Virus record (IMG/VR): IMGVR_UViG_3300049259_000054
Coordinates: 1 to 54,922 of that record
Length of the DNA stretch: 54,922 nucleotides
Origin: a virus
Taxonomy: Duplodnaviria; Caudoviricetes
Reading direction: 5' to 3' (one strand)
Shown here one piece after another: positions 17,633 to 26,025 of this stretch. The position numbers and the translations under genes are program-made. Each line of letters opens with the position of its first letter. The stretch's first letter is position 1. The notes under the pieces were generated by a model that was not told the origin of the DNA, made no database searches, and was given only the letters and a program-made list of their open reading frames with translations.

Positions 17633-19034
17633 ACCAGCGCCCCGCCCCTACCAGATCGAGGGGGTTCGATTCCTTGCAGAGCGCCCTCGGGCGTTCCTCG
17701 GCGATGAACCCGGTCTGGGAAAAAGCTTTCAAGCCATTGAAGCATCGGCCGGCAACACTCTGATAGTGGCGCCCGCAATGGTCCTGGATGGTGGGACCTG
17801 GGACGACGAAATCCAACGCTGGGCCGACGACCCTGACCGGTTCACCCAAGTTGCCTACACATCGATCTGCCAACGGATCGATTCAGGCCGGCGCACCAAG
17901 ACCGACCAAGTCATCTACAAGACCACCGACTCCCCGCGACCCGAATACGCCCACGCCTGGGATACCCTGATCCTGGATGAGGCCCACATGATCAAGGGCC
18001 GGGACACTCACTGGACGAAGGCGTTACGCAAGATCGCCGCCCGATCCGATCGGGTGATCCTGATGTCCGGAACGCCGATGCCCAACTGGGCACATGAGAT
18101 CTTCACCTCCCTGCAGTTCCTGTACCCGGGGGACTCCCACCCGGGTGAGCGGTTTGGGTCGTACTGGCGTTGGGCGAAGCAATGGTTCGACTGCGCCCCG
18201 ACCAAATACAGCCAAGGCAACCTGGTGGCCGGCGACCTCTTAGCGTGTACGAAACCTTGCTTCGAACGGCCGCCGATCGACCCATGCGAACACTATAAGC
18301 TATTCCACCGCGCCAACTTCGGTGACCTGTTCTTACAGCGGCTGCGCGACGACGTGTTGACCGACCTGCCGCCGTTGACCGTGCAGACAGTGGAATGCCC
18401 GATGGTGCCGGCCCAGCAGAAAGCATACCGGGAGCTCAAGAAGGAATTCGTGGCGTTGCTGGGCGACGGCACTGAGTTGATCGCCTGGAATTCCGCCGCG
18501 TTAAACGTGAAGCTGCTTAAGGTGTGCACCGGGTTGGAGATCGTGTCCGACGGCGCGGTGTCGGGGTCTGGCAAGTTGGCGCGGTTGCAGTATGATCTGT
18601 CGAACCGATCCCGCCCAACGGTGGTGTTCGCGCATTTCCAATCGAGTGTGGAGGCGGCATGTGCAGTGGCGGGGTCTATCGGCGCTCGCGCCGCGCACAT
18701 CCATGGCGGGACGCCCTCCAGAGAGCGACAACGCATCGTCGCTGCGTTCAAGGCGGGCGAATTGGACGTGTTGTGTGGGTCGTTGGAGACCCTCTCGGAA
18801 GGCTTGACTCTGGTCCAAGCGGATATGGCGATTATGCTCGAGGCTTCCTACAAGCCTTCGAGGAACATCCAAGCGATGCGCCGGATCCACCGGCTGGGGC
18901 AAACCCGTCCGGTGGTGATCTTGGACTATGTGACTCCGAGGACGGTGGATGCGAAGGTGCGTAAGCGCCTGGCGGTGAAAACGGACCGGCAGATGCGACA
19001 CCAGACCGCGGCACAGTTCGCCGAACTACTCTAA
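17607..19034 (+). CDS. SNF2-like SF2 helicase
   Basis: RPYQIEGV, DEPGLGKS, ILDEAH, MSGTP, SEGLTL, QAMRRIHRLGQ. Confidence 0.92.
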   Translation: MTTATNPNRPAPRPYQIEGVRFLAERPRAFLGDEPGLGKSFQAIEASAGNTLIVAPAMVLDGGTWDDEIQRWADDPDRFTQVAYTSICQRIDSGRRTKTDQVIYKTTDSPRPEYAHAWDTLILDEAHMIKGRDTHWTKALRKIAARSDRVILMSGTPMPNWAHEIFTSLQFLYPGDSHPGERFGSYWRWAKQWFDCAPTKYSQGNLVAGDLLACTKPCFERPPIDPCEHYKLFHRANFGDLFLQRLRDDVLTDLPPLTVQTVECPMVPAQQKAYRELKKEFVALLGDGTELIAWNSAALNVKLLKVCTGLEIVSDGAVSGSGKLARLQYDLSNRSRPTVVFAHFQSSVEAACAVAGSIGARAAHIHGGTPSRERQRIVAAFKAGELDVLCGSLETLSEGLTLVQADMAIMLEASYKPSRNIQAMRRIHRLGQTRPVVILDYVTPRTVDAKVRKRLAVKTDRQMRHQTAAQFAELL

Positions 19035-19050
19035 CTTGCGTTTAAGCAAA
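19035..19050 (+). promoter_or_regulatory. Operator plus promoter (TTGCGT-17-TTTAAT), followed by a hairpin at 19081-19109
   Basis: cttgc gtttaa gcaaa. Confidence 0.75.
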
Positions 19051-19164
19051 ACGTGTGGTTTAATCGGGTTTGAACAGACCGGAACCCCCGGCCGAGCGGC
19101 GGGGGTTCCAGTAGGCGCAGCAGCGAGCAACACCCGAACCGAATCAAACCACACGGAGCCTGCG

Positions 19165-19557
19165 ATGAAAACCCTCAAGCAACGCCGAACCGAACGCGAA
19201 ACCCGGCTATACAACCTCAGCCAAGCTCGGGCCTACCAGGCCAATCGCAATCAAGCAGCCGGTGTAGTCGGACTACAGGTGATCAACCGATACGGTGTGT
19301 CGGTCGCTGCCGAGACGCTGACCATCGGCGGTCGCGGTACCTACTCCCTGCGAGGAGTATCGGCGCAGGTCATCCCGCCGGGGTACATGCACCGCGCCCA
19401 CCGCAAGAACTGGTCCGCCACACTGGTAATCACCGGCCCCAATCTATCCTATATTCGGCTGGTTAACGCGGAGCCAGTCTGGCTGGCGCGGGCGTATTCC
19501 TTCGCCAATGAGATCAACTCCCGCAGCCTCGCACTTGCGCACAAGCAAGACACGTGA
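19165..19557 (+). CDS. Hypothetical protein
   Basis: GGAG RBS before MKTLKQ. Confidence 0.7.
   Translation: MKTLKQRRTERETRLYNLSQARAYQANRNQAAGVVGLQVINRYGVSVAAETLTIGGRGTYSLRGVSAQVIPPGYMHRAHRKNWSATLVITGPNLSYIRLVNAEPVWLARAYSFANEINSRSLALAHKQDT
19534..19549 (+). promoter_or_regulatory. Operator plus promoter (TTGCGC-17-TTTAAT)
   Basis: cttgc gcacaa gcaag. Confidence 0.75.
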
Positions 19558-19603
19558 TTTAATAAACGCAGCGAGCAAACCCAACCCTTGAAAGGAACTC
19601 GCA

Positions 19604-20011
19604 ATGACCCGCATCTCTAAGGTAGTATTGGCCCTATGCACACTGGCGGCATTCGTCGTCGGTGGGCTGGTCAGCCACTCCGTCGCCACCGCCTCGACAC
19701 CGAAAGCGAAAAAGACCGTGACCCACGTCGCACAGTACAAGCACATCACCAGCCAGACCTACCAGGTTCAGCTCACCGAATGGGCGCTCGGGTCCGAATA
19801 CACCCTGTTCAAGAAAGCCGCAGGGTCAGACACCTACAACGAAGTCGTCAATTCCACCAAGTCCTTCGACGGGGCGGTGACCTTCAACGTCGGCGTCCGC
19901 ACAGGCACCTCCTTGGAGGTCGACGTGTGGAACGGCCAGCAGGCCACCTACGCGTTCGCCTTCACCGCCGACGGCACCCCCACCGATCTGACACCGATCC
20001 CCGCACTATAG
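19604..20011 (+). CDS. Secreted or membrane-anchored beta-rich protein
   Basis: Signal-peptide-like N-terminus (basic, hydrophobic, ATA site); GAAAGGA RBS. Confidence 0.75.
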   Translation: MTRISKVVLALCTLAAFVVGGLVSHSVATASTPKAKKTVTHVAQYKHITSQTYQVQLTEWALGSEYTLFKKAAGSDTYNEVVNSTKSFDGAVTFNVGVRTGTSLEVDVWNGQQATYAFAFTADGTPTDLTPIPAL

Positions 20012-20028
20012 CTACCTCGCGGGAAGAC

Positions 20029-20077
20029 GGACCCCCGGCGCAGCCTCTTGGGAGGGGCAGTGACGCGCCGGGGGTCC
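20029..20077. terminator. Stem-loop between convergent genes
   Basis: ggacccc(c)ggcgc...gcgccggggtcc inverted repeat. Confidence 0.6.
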
Positions 20078-20080
20078 TGC

Positions 20081-20389
20081 TTATTTCCTGACCGACAGGT
20101 ATCCTTGCGCCGGCTGCGGTACCACCGCACCAGACTGGGTGTGCGGACGCGGCCACACGATATAGTCGCCCTCAGCCAGATCGATCCCGCCCTGCCCGAT
20201 CTGCACGTCCATCTGACCCGCGTCGTGCGCGGCGGGAAACCAATCGCCCCCCGCCACGGATGGCGGGGTCGAGTCGGTCATGAACGCCACGTCGATCGAT
20301 TCGATCGTGTCGGTGGCGGTGATCGGGACGGAGATCCACCGGTTGTCGGCTGGGTCGGTCAAATACACTGTGGCTGGTAGTGTGGTCAT
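20081..20389 (-). CDS. Putative tail accessory protein
   Basis: Coupled to the fibre-like gene; L-x2-GDY-x-VW beta-sandwich-like motif. Confidence 0.6.
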   Translation of the reverse strand: MTTLPATVYLTDPADNRWISVPITATDTIESIDVAFMTDSTPPSVAGGDWFPAAHDAGQMDVQIGQGGIDLAEGDYIVWPRPHTQSGAVVPQPAQGYLSVRK

Positions 20390-22128
20390 GGGTCCTCCGC
20401 GATTATCGTACCAACCGTGAATCCGACGGTTTGGACCGCCCCGACCGTGACATCGACCGGCTGCCCGGACGGCGGTGGCCCGGCATTGCCGACCCCGACG
20501 ATCATGATCTGCCCGGTTGCAGCGGCCACGCCTGCGGTACTGGCCAGCCCAAGTAGGGTGATCGAACCAGCGGCGATGGCACGCCCGGCGACCGCGGCGG
20601 TACCGACCAACTGTAGGGCACCGGCACCGGCCGCCCTGCCGGGTATATTGGCGGTGCCGGCGAGAGTAATCGCCCCGACCGCTTGGGCGTTTCCGCCTGC
20701 CACGGCGCCCCCGGCCAAGCCGATCGATCCTATACCTGCAGTCGACACCCCCAGTGAGGCCGCTCCCGTCAACGAGAGCGAACCGGAAGCCGCGGCGGAG
20801 GCTTGGAGACCTGCCGTGCCTGTCAGGGCGACGGAGCCGATCCCGGAGGTTTTCGCGGCGGCAGTCGCCGTGCCCGCGAGAGCGATCGCTCCGGTACCGG
20901 ATGCACCATTGCCGATCGCCGCCGTACCGGTCAACGCCACCACGCCGGTAGCAGCCAGCGCCGCTTGCAGCACCCCGGTACCGGTCAGCGACACTGAGCC
21001 TGCGCCGGTCACCGGAGCGCGTAGGGCTCCTGTGCCGCTCAGCGCCATGCTGCCGGTCGCGGAGATGGGGGCGGCAACTGAAGCTGTCCCCACCAGCGCG
21101 AACGCGCCAGCGGCACTCAGGGGCGCCTGCGCGATGCCAACGCCGACCAACGCCAGCGTGCCCGCGCCAGAGACCGGCGCTTGAGCGGCTGCCGCACCAG
21201 TCAGAGAGAGCGTGCCCGATCCGGAAGCCGACGCCTGTGCGGTTGCGGTGCCGGCGAGGCTGATCGCCCCGGCGGCCACCACCGTGGTCACCCCGGTGCC
21301 GCTCAGCGTCATCGCGCCGGTCGCGGTGACGGGGGTGCGCGCTGTCCCGGTGCCGGTCAGGGACAGCGCGCCGATTGCGGAGATAGGCGCCCGGGCCGTA
21401 CCCGTTCCCACCAGCGCCATCGCGCCGGTACCGCTGATCGGTGATCCTCCGGCGGCCGCCTTGATCTCCACAATCGCCATGTTATAGTTGGCGTCGGTCG
21501 GCGCGGTCAGGGACAGCGAGGCGGCCCCGGCACTCACGGGACTCGTTGATTTCAGTACCTGCGTGGAAAACTGTGTGTCCAGCTGGTCCACCACGATTGT
21601 GGTGTTGGTACCGGCCACGCGCGTCGCGCCGGGTGTTGAGGTGGAATGCGCCCAGTCGGCAATAGCGCCGAATAGCAGGGACCCGGCAGCGGCAGTTAAT
21701 GAATCCGACGGTGCGCCTGCCGCGTTAGATGAACCGGCGGTAGCTCCGGTAAATGTGGCGCCCTCGTCACCTGTCGCGATGCCTATCTTGGTGCGCAGCT
21801 CCCACGAGCTGGTACTCGCGTTGGCATCGGGTGTCACCGATACGGTGATCGACTGCGAACTGGCGTTCCACGCCTCATACACCTCGGCGGAGGTACCGAC
21901 CGAACCCGGGCCATTGGAGAGTGACCGAATGATGCGCCGCGTCCACGCCAGCGCGGTGCCGGTGTTGCTGATGGCCGAGGTGGCAATGTCGGCGTTCTGC
22001 GGTCGGTTGGTGGTGCACGCCACGAGGATTCGGGAGTTGGCGGGCGCGGTGAAGGACGCCGAGGTGTTGACCGTGCTGCTGGTACTCAGCACAGGCGCAA
22101 CGGTGCCGGTGTCGAGCGCCAGCGGCAT
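20386..22128 (-). CDS. Gly/Ala/Thr/Ser-rich tail fibre or adhesin-like protein with about 19-aa repeats
   Basis: Repeating G-x-G-x-(I/L/M)-x-L-x-G-T-(A/G) units over the C-terminal 330 or so residues. Confidence 0.7.
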   Translation of the reverse strand: MPLALDTGTVAPVLSTSSTVNTSASFTAPANSRILVACTTNRPQNADIATSAISNTGTALAWTRRIIRSLSNGPGSVGTSAEVYEAWNASSQSITVSVTPDANASTSSWELRTKIGIATGDEGATFTGATAGSSNAAGAPSDSLTAAAGSLLFGAIADWAHSTSTPGATRVAGTNTTIVVDQLDTQFSTQVLKSTSPVSAGAASLSLTAPTDANYNMAIVEIKAAAGGSPISGTGAMALVGTGTARAPISAIGALSLTGTGTARTPVTATGAMTLSGTGVTTVVAAGAISLAGTATAQASASGSGTLSLTGAAAAQAPVSGAGTLALVGVGIAQAPLSAAGAFALVGTASVAAPISATGSMALSGTGALRAPVTGAGSVSLTGTGVLQAALAATGVVALTGTAAIGNGASGTGAIALAGTATAAAKTSGIGSVALTGTAGLQASAAASGSLSLTGAASLGVSTAGIGSIGLAGGAVAGGNAQAVGAITLAGTANIPGRAAGAGALQLVGTAAVAGRAIAAGSITLLGLASTAGVAAATGQIMIVGVGNAGPPPSGQPVDVTVGAVQTVGFTVGTIIAEDP

Positions 22129-22131
22129 GGG

Positions 22132-22485
22132 TTAGCTCGCGGTTGAAGACAGCGCCGCTGCGGCTGCGGTGATAGACGCCGCGGTCACCGACGCTCCCAG
22201 TGTCCAGCCGAATTCGTAGGTGCCGACTGTCAGCGCAGTGAACCCGCCCACATAACCGACTGCCGATGCACCCGCGGTGGCCCACGTGTAGGCGTTGTTA
22301 TTCGTGACGGCCGAGCCCGCCGAACTGGTGGTGAACGGCGTGGAACCGACAGCTTGGCGGGCGGTCGAGTACTCGTTGGCGCCGGTCGTCCCCGGACCCG
22401 TGCTGTTGTGCAGCGCCAAGTGCGTGATGGCGGCATGCACGGCGTTCAGCGCGAGTGACTGACCCGCGGGGCCGAGTAGCGTCAT
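22132..22485 (-). CDS. Putative tail fibre-associated structural protein
   Basis: LALH-x3-PGTTGANE-x3-ARQAV resembles small phage fibre proteins. Confidence 0.6.
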   Translation of the reverse strand: MTLLGPAGQSLALNAVHAAITHLALHNSTGPGTTGANEYSTARQAVGSTPFTTSSAGSAVTNNNAYTWATAGASAVGYVGGFTALTVGTYEFGWTLGASVTAASITAAAAALSSTAS

Positions 22486-22799
22486 TCCGCACTTCCCTCT
22501 GCCGGCACCAGCAGGGCGGCCAACTCAGCGGTTTTCTCGGTCTCATTCGGATCGTTGGCCGCGTCCACGTGCTCCTGCGTGATCGCCGCCGGGTCGCCGC
22601 CCTGCACCGCGGCTACCAGCTGCACCGCGTGCAACTGGCTGGGCGCCTCCACAACCTCCGGAGCGGTATCGATTTGCGTACCGTCAGGCAGCGTCACCAC
22701 ACCAGCTGATGCCGCGCCGAGCAGCACGACGTGGCCATCCGGGCCGGCGTCGTAGTGGAAGGTGTCGGTCACCGGGTCGTATGTCTTAGTCATCGTCAT
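22482..22799 (-). CDS. Hypothetical protein
   Basis: ATGA-coupled on both sides. Confidence 0.65.
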   Translation of the reverse strand: MTMTKTYDPVTDTFHYDAGPDGHVVLLGAASAGVVTLPDGTQIDTAPEVVEAPSQLHAVQLVAAVQGGDPAAITQEHVDAANDPNETEKTAELAALLVPAEGSAE

Positions 22800-22972
22800 G
22801 GTGCGGGTGTCCAGACCTCAGAGGGTGTCGGGTCGGCGTCCGCCTCGGAATCCGCGTCCTCTTCCTCCGGAGCCTCGGCCTTGATCGAATCCGGGAACTC
22901 CTGCCGGGAGGTCGGCGGGGTGTCCTCATTCGGTGGGGAGACCGGGAAGGTGGGGGCGTATTCGTCTGGCAT
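22796..22972 (-). CDS. Small acidic Pro-rich protein (58 aa, not in the ORF track)
   Basis: GAGAGG RBS; MPDEYAPTFP...EVWTPAP*; TATACT -10 upstream. Confidence 0.6.
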   Translation of the reverse strand: MPDEYAPTFPVSPPNEDTPPTSRQEFPDSIKAEAPEEEDADSEADADPTPSEVWTPAP

Positions 22973-23023
22973 CGGATGGCCTCTCGACGGTGTTTGGTGA
23001 AAGTATAAACCCTCTTGGATGTT

Positions 23024-23593
23024 TCAGTCTACCGGCGTCGTGTCCGGGATGTCGCTCTCATCCCACGGAATAATATCGGGAACCGGCTCCGATGCCGGGG
23101 CGGGCTCCGGCGGGACTACAGTCGCTGGCATCGGCTCCGGATCGGCCGGTTGCGGGATCGGCGCCGGACCGGCAGTGACCGTCACAGTCGATGCTGGCGT
23201 TGGTGTCGGCTCTGTCACCGCAACATCGGGGATGTCGATCTGCAACGGATGATAGGCGAGCACCTTACCGGCCTCCGCCTGCATCTTCACCCACTCCTCA
23301 TGCACCGCCGCCGCGACCTGCGCCTGAGTCTCGTTCGGATCCAGTACGTGGATCACTGAGCCCGCCGTAGCGGCGACCTTCGGCTCCCACCGCGACAGAT
23401 ACGCCACGATGAACTGCCCAGCGCCAGACAGTACCGCCACAATGATCCCCGCGATGTACAGCTTCGTGGTGGCGTCCAAGTGGGCGAACGACGGGACCCG
23501 CTCCAACACGCCGTAGATCGCCGACCCCAGACCGGAGCCTGCGACCGTACCGGCGAGACCGCCGATCACCTTCGGGTGTACAGGGTTAGCCAT
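23024..23593 (-). CDS. Holin-like protein (2 TM) with Pro-rich tail
   Basis: PVHPKV N-terminus, two TM segments, directly after the endolysin. Confidence 0.7.
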   Translation of the reverse strand: MANPVHPKVIGGLAGTVAGSGLGSAIYGVLERVPSFAHLDATTKLYIAGIIVAVLSGAGQFIVAYLSRWEPKVAATAGSVIHVLDPNETQAQVAAAVHEEWVKMQAEAGKVLAYHPLQIDIPDVAVTEPTPTPASTVTVTAGPAPIPQPADPEPMPATVVPPEPAPASEPVPDIIPWDESDIPDTTPVD

Positions 23594-24373
23594 TTACTTG
23601 TCTCCCGGCATCTTGATACCAAAATGGTGGATCAGCGCCAACACCTTCAACCCGTTGGACTTCGCGTGCAGCTGCAACGAATTCCCGAACAGGCCGAACG
23701 TCTTCCGAGCTGCCCGTTCAGCGATCCGGTCGGTGTACTTCCCCTTCTCCGGGAAGTCGGCATGGGTCAATACCCCCAGCTCCGTCAGCGCATCCTTCAG
23801 ATCCTGTTTAGTGGCCATCTCGAACCAATCTCCCTTGAGGGGCGATACTATCACAGCGTCACCCAGGTTAGTCACCAACGTGTACCGGTATTCCCGATCC
23901 GACAGGCCATTCTCACCGCCGTTGATCACCCGGGTCGCCCCGACCACATCGCCCCGGTCGGCGTAGGCGTTGATCCCGTGGGCGCCCCACCACCAAGCGG
24001 AGATCAGGAATCCGTACTGCGGCTGCGCGGCGATCTCCGGGTGCCCGACCAAGTCGATCCCCAACGCTTGGCTGGCCGCGGTGTAATTGGACCTGCCAGT
24101 GATCTGGATCGGCCCGCGCCCCTTGAACCGGACCCCATCCCCCGGGTGGGTATTCCCGAGGTCCAGTCGACCCTCATATGCCGCGCCGGAAGCGATCTCC
24201 TCGAAATATACGAACGACTCCGATTCGTGCCCACACTGGGCCAACCACATCGCCGAGCGCAGCTTCGAAGTGATCGAGAACTGCCGCATCGCGGTTTCCA
24301 TCAGCGGCAGGTAGGCGGCTGCCTTCGCGGCGGACAATCCAGGCATCGCCGCGCATAGCGTGCTTACATTCAC
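23594..24373 (-). CDS. Endolysin, GH19 chitinase/lysozyme-like
   Basis: AQCGHES, YEGRLDLGN-x2-PGDG-x-RFKGRGPIQITGRSNY, TRVINGG-x-NGL-x-DR. Confidence 0.92.
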   Translation of the reverse strand: MNVSTLCAAMPGLSAAKAAAYLPLMETAMRQFSITSKLRSAMWLAQCGHESESFVYFEEIASGAAYEGRLDLGNTHPGDGVRFKGRGPIQITGRSNYTAASQALGIDLVGHPEIAAQPQYGFLISAWWWGAHGINAYADRGDVVGATRVINGGENGLSDREYRYTLVTNLGDAVIVSPLKGDWFEMATKQDLKDALTELGVLTHADFPEKGKYTDRIAERAARKTFGLFGNSLQLHAKSNGLKVLALIHHFGIKMPGDK

Positions 24374-24428
24374 GCGCCCTCCCAAGGCTTGCGTTTAGGA
24401 AACACCACAGGTGTGCCCCCGGTCAAGC

Positions 24429-25364
24429 TCATGGGCTTGGCGACGCGCAGACGGCCCATTCCTGCCCGGCCAGCGGCTGGTCCGCGGTGGAGGGGGTGTA
24501 CCCGTCGGGGCATTGTGGCCCCGCCGGGCCGGAAGGACCAGCCTCCCCCGTCGGGCCGGGATCACCCTGTGGACCTTGCGCCCCGACGGCGCCGTTCAAC
24601 CCGCGCGGTGCCGCACCGGCGTCATAGTACACGACCGAACCGTCCGGTTGGGTCACCTGAAAGACCAGATGTCCGGTAGCGTCGGCGGTGCCGCACCCCG
24701 GCGCCGGATCATCGTCGGTCTGGCAGATGTGCGCCCCGGTGACCGATGCGCCGTTCAACCCGTTCTGACCGTTCGCCCCGTTCAATCCCGGTGATCCGTC
24801 CACACCAGGCGACCCGGTCGGCCCTGAAGGACCGGGGGACCCGGTAGCGCCGGTGTCGCCCTTCTTCGGCGGGTTCACCTTCAGGTACGCCGCGACCGCA
24901 GCATCGATCTGCGACTTCGTGTACTCCGGGTGGGCCTTCAACACCGCCTCGATCGCATGTTGCAAGGCGACACCGGAGGGGGTTGTGCCGTTTTTCGGTT
25001 TCGGGATCCGCGCCAGGACCAGCTGCACGATCCGATCGGTGGATGCTGGCAGTTGCACCGATCCGGATACGGTCGGGGTTGTCGGGGCGACCTCGGTCGG
25101 CGGCGGGGCGGCCTTCCCGGACGCGACCGACGCAGCCGGCGGGCCGATCGATTGGCCGCCGTTATTCACTGCCTGCGCCTGGTTCTGTCCAGCCAACACC
25201 GTGACGTTGTCCAGTCGGTCGGACAGGTCGCTGATCCGGCTGGCCTGGTCGTTGCCGCGTAGTAACCCGTAGATACTGACCACCACCCCGACCATCGCCA
25301 GGACCAGCACGGTGCGGATCCACTGGTCGTAGCCGCGTGCCTTCTTGATCGGCGGTGAAGTCAT
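24429..25364 (-). CDS. Membrane-anchored collagen-like (Gly-X-Y) protein
   Basis: N-terminal TM, two GXY runs, C-terminal CPDGY...C; ATGA-coupled start. Confidence 0.8.
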   Translation of the reverse strand: MTSPPIKKARGYDQWIRTVLVLAMVGVVVSIYGLLRGNDQASRISDLSDRLDNVTVLAGQNQAQAVNNGGQSIGPPAASVASGKAAPPPTEVAPTTPTVSGSVQLPASTDRIVQLVLARIPKPKNGTTPSGVALQHAIEAVLKAHPEYTKSQIDAAVAAYLKVNPPKKGDTGATGSPGPSGPTGSPGVDGSPGLNGANGQNGLNGASVTGAHICQTDDDPAPGCGTADATGHLVFQVTQPDGSVVYYDAGAAPRGLNGAVGAQGPQGDPGPTGEAGPSGPAGPQCPDGYTPSTADQPLAGQEWAVCASPSP

Positions 25365-25702
25365 TGTTTGCTCACACAGTCGAACTGCTGATACAGGGTC
25401 CGGAATTGGCGGGCCAACAGCGCGCCGCGGTCGGTGGTCGGCGGAGTGCTGGACGGCCCGATCAGCAGCTTGAACGTGGCGCAGAACCGTTGGTCGGATT
25501 TGCGTTGGTTCGCCTTGATCGCCGCCTCGATCCGCGCCTGCTCCTGCTGTGATTGCCGGTGTTGGGCCTGTTGGGTCCGGTGGTTCTGTTGTAAGGCGAT
25601 CGCCATCACGACCACTGCGGCGCACAGGAAGGCGGTCGCTACCAGGATGAACGTAGCGCCGATCCGGTTCTTCTCAAACCAGCTTGTCTGAGTGTGAGCC
25701 AT
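25361..25702 (-). CDS. Membrane protein (lysis cassette)
   Basis: TM segment, Gln-rich coiled coil, two Cys. Confidence 0.7.
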   Translation of the reverse strand: MAHTQTSWFEKNRIGATFILVATAFLCAAVVVMAIALQQNHRTQQAQHRQSQQEQARIEAAIKANQRKSDQRFCATFKLLIGPSSTPPTTDRGALLARQFRTLYQQFDCVSKQ

Positions 25703-25977
25703 TTATCCCACCCCCAGACATATACCGGTAACCATACCATGTCGGCGCGGTGATGCCTAGGGTGTTCCGGGTGTTCAACCTGGTGCCGGTGCCGCTCCCG
25801 CAGCTGTTCCAACTCCATCCGTTCCCGCTCCAGCATCAACTCTCGGTGGATCCGGGTCGCTTCCGGGTCTTCATCAGCATCGTCACGTCGTTTCCGGACG
25901 TATAACGCGCCGACCGATGCGATCGCGGTACCGAGTGAGGCCACCAGTCCGGCGATACCGGTGTAGTCCACTGCCAC
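25639..25977 (-). CDS. Membrane protein (lysis cassette)
   Basis: N-terminal TM then charged His-rich region; GGAGG RBS. Confidence 0.65.
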   Translation of the reverse strand: MAVDYTGIAGLVASLGTAIASVGALYVRKRRDDADEDPEATRIHRELMLERERMELEQLRERHRHQVEHPEHPRHHRADMVWLPVYVWGWDKWLTLRQAGLRRTGSALRSSW

Positions 25978-26025
25978 GCTCGATGCCCTCCCACGTCCAA
26001 CATCAAACCTTAATCAAATCAAAGC

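Noticed and set aside
24388-24403. Additional operator copies here and near 7460, 13406 and 43975
   Set aside because: Only one arm matches or the spacing is wrong, so they were not counted.
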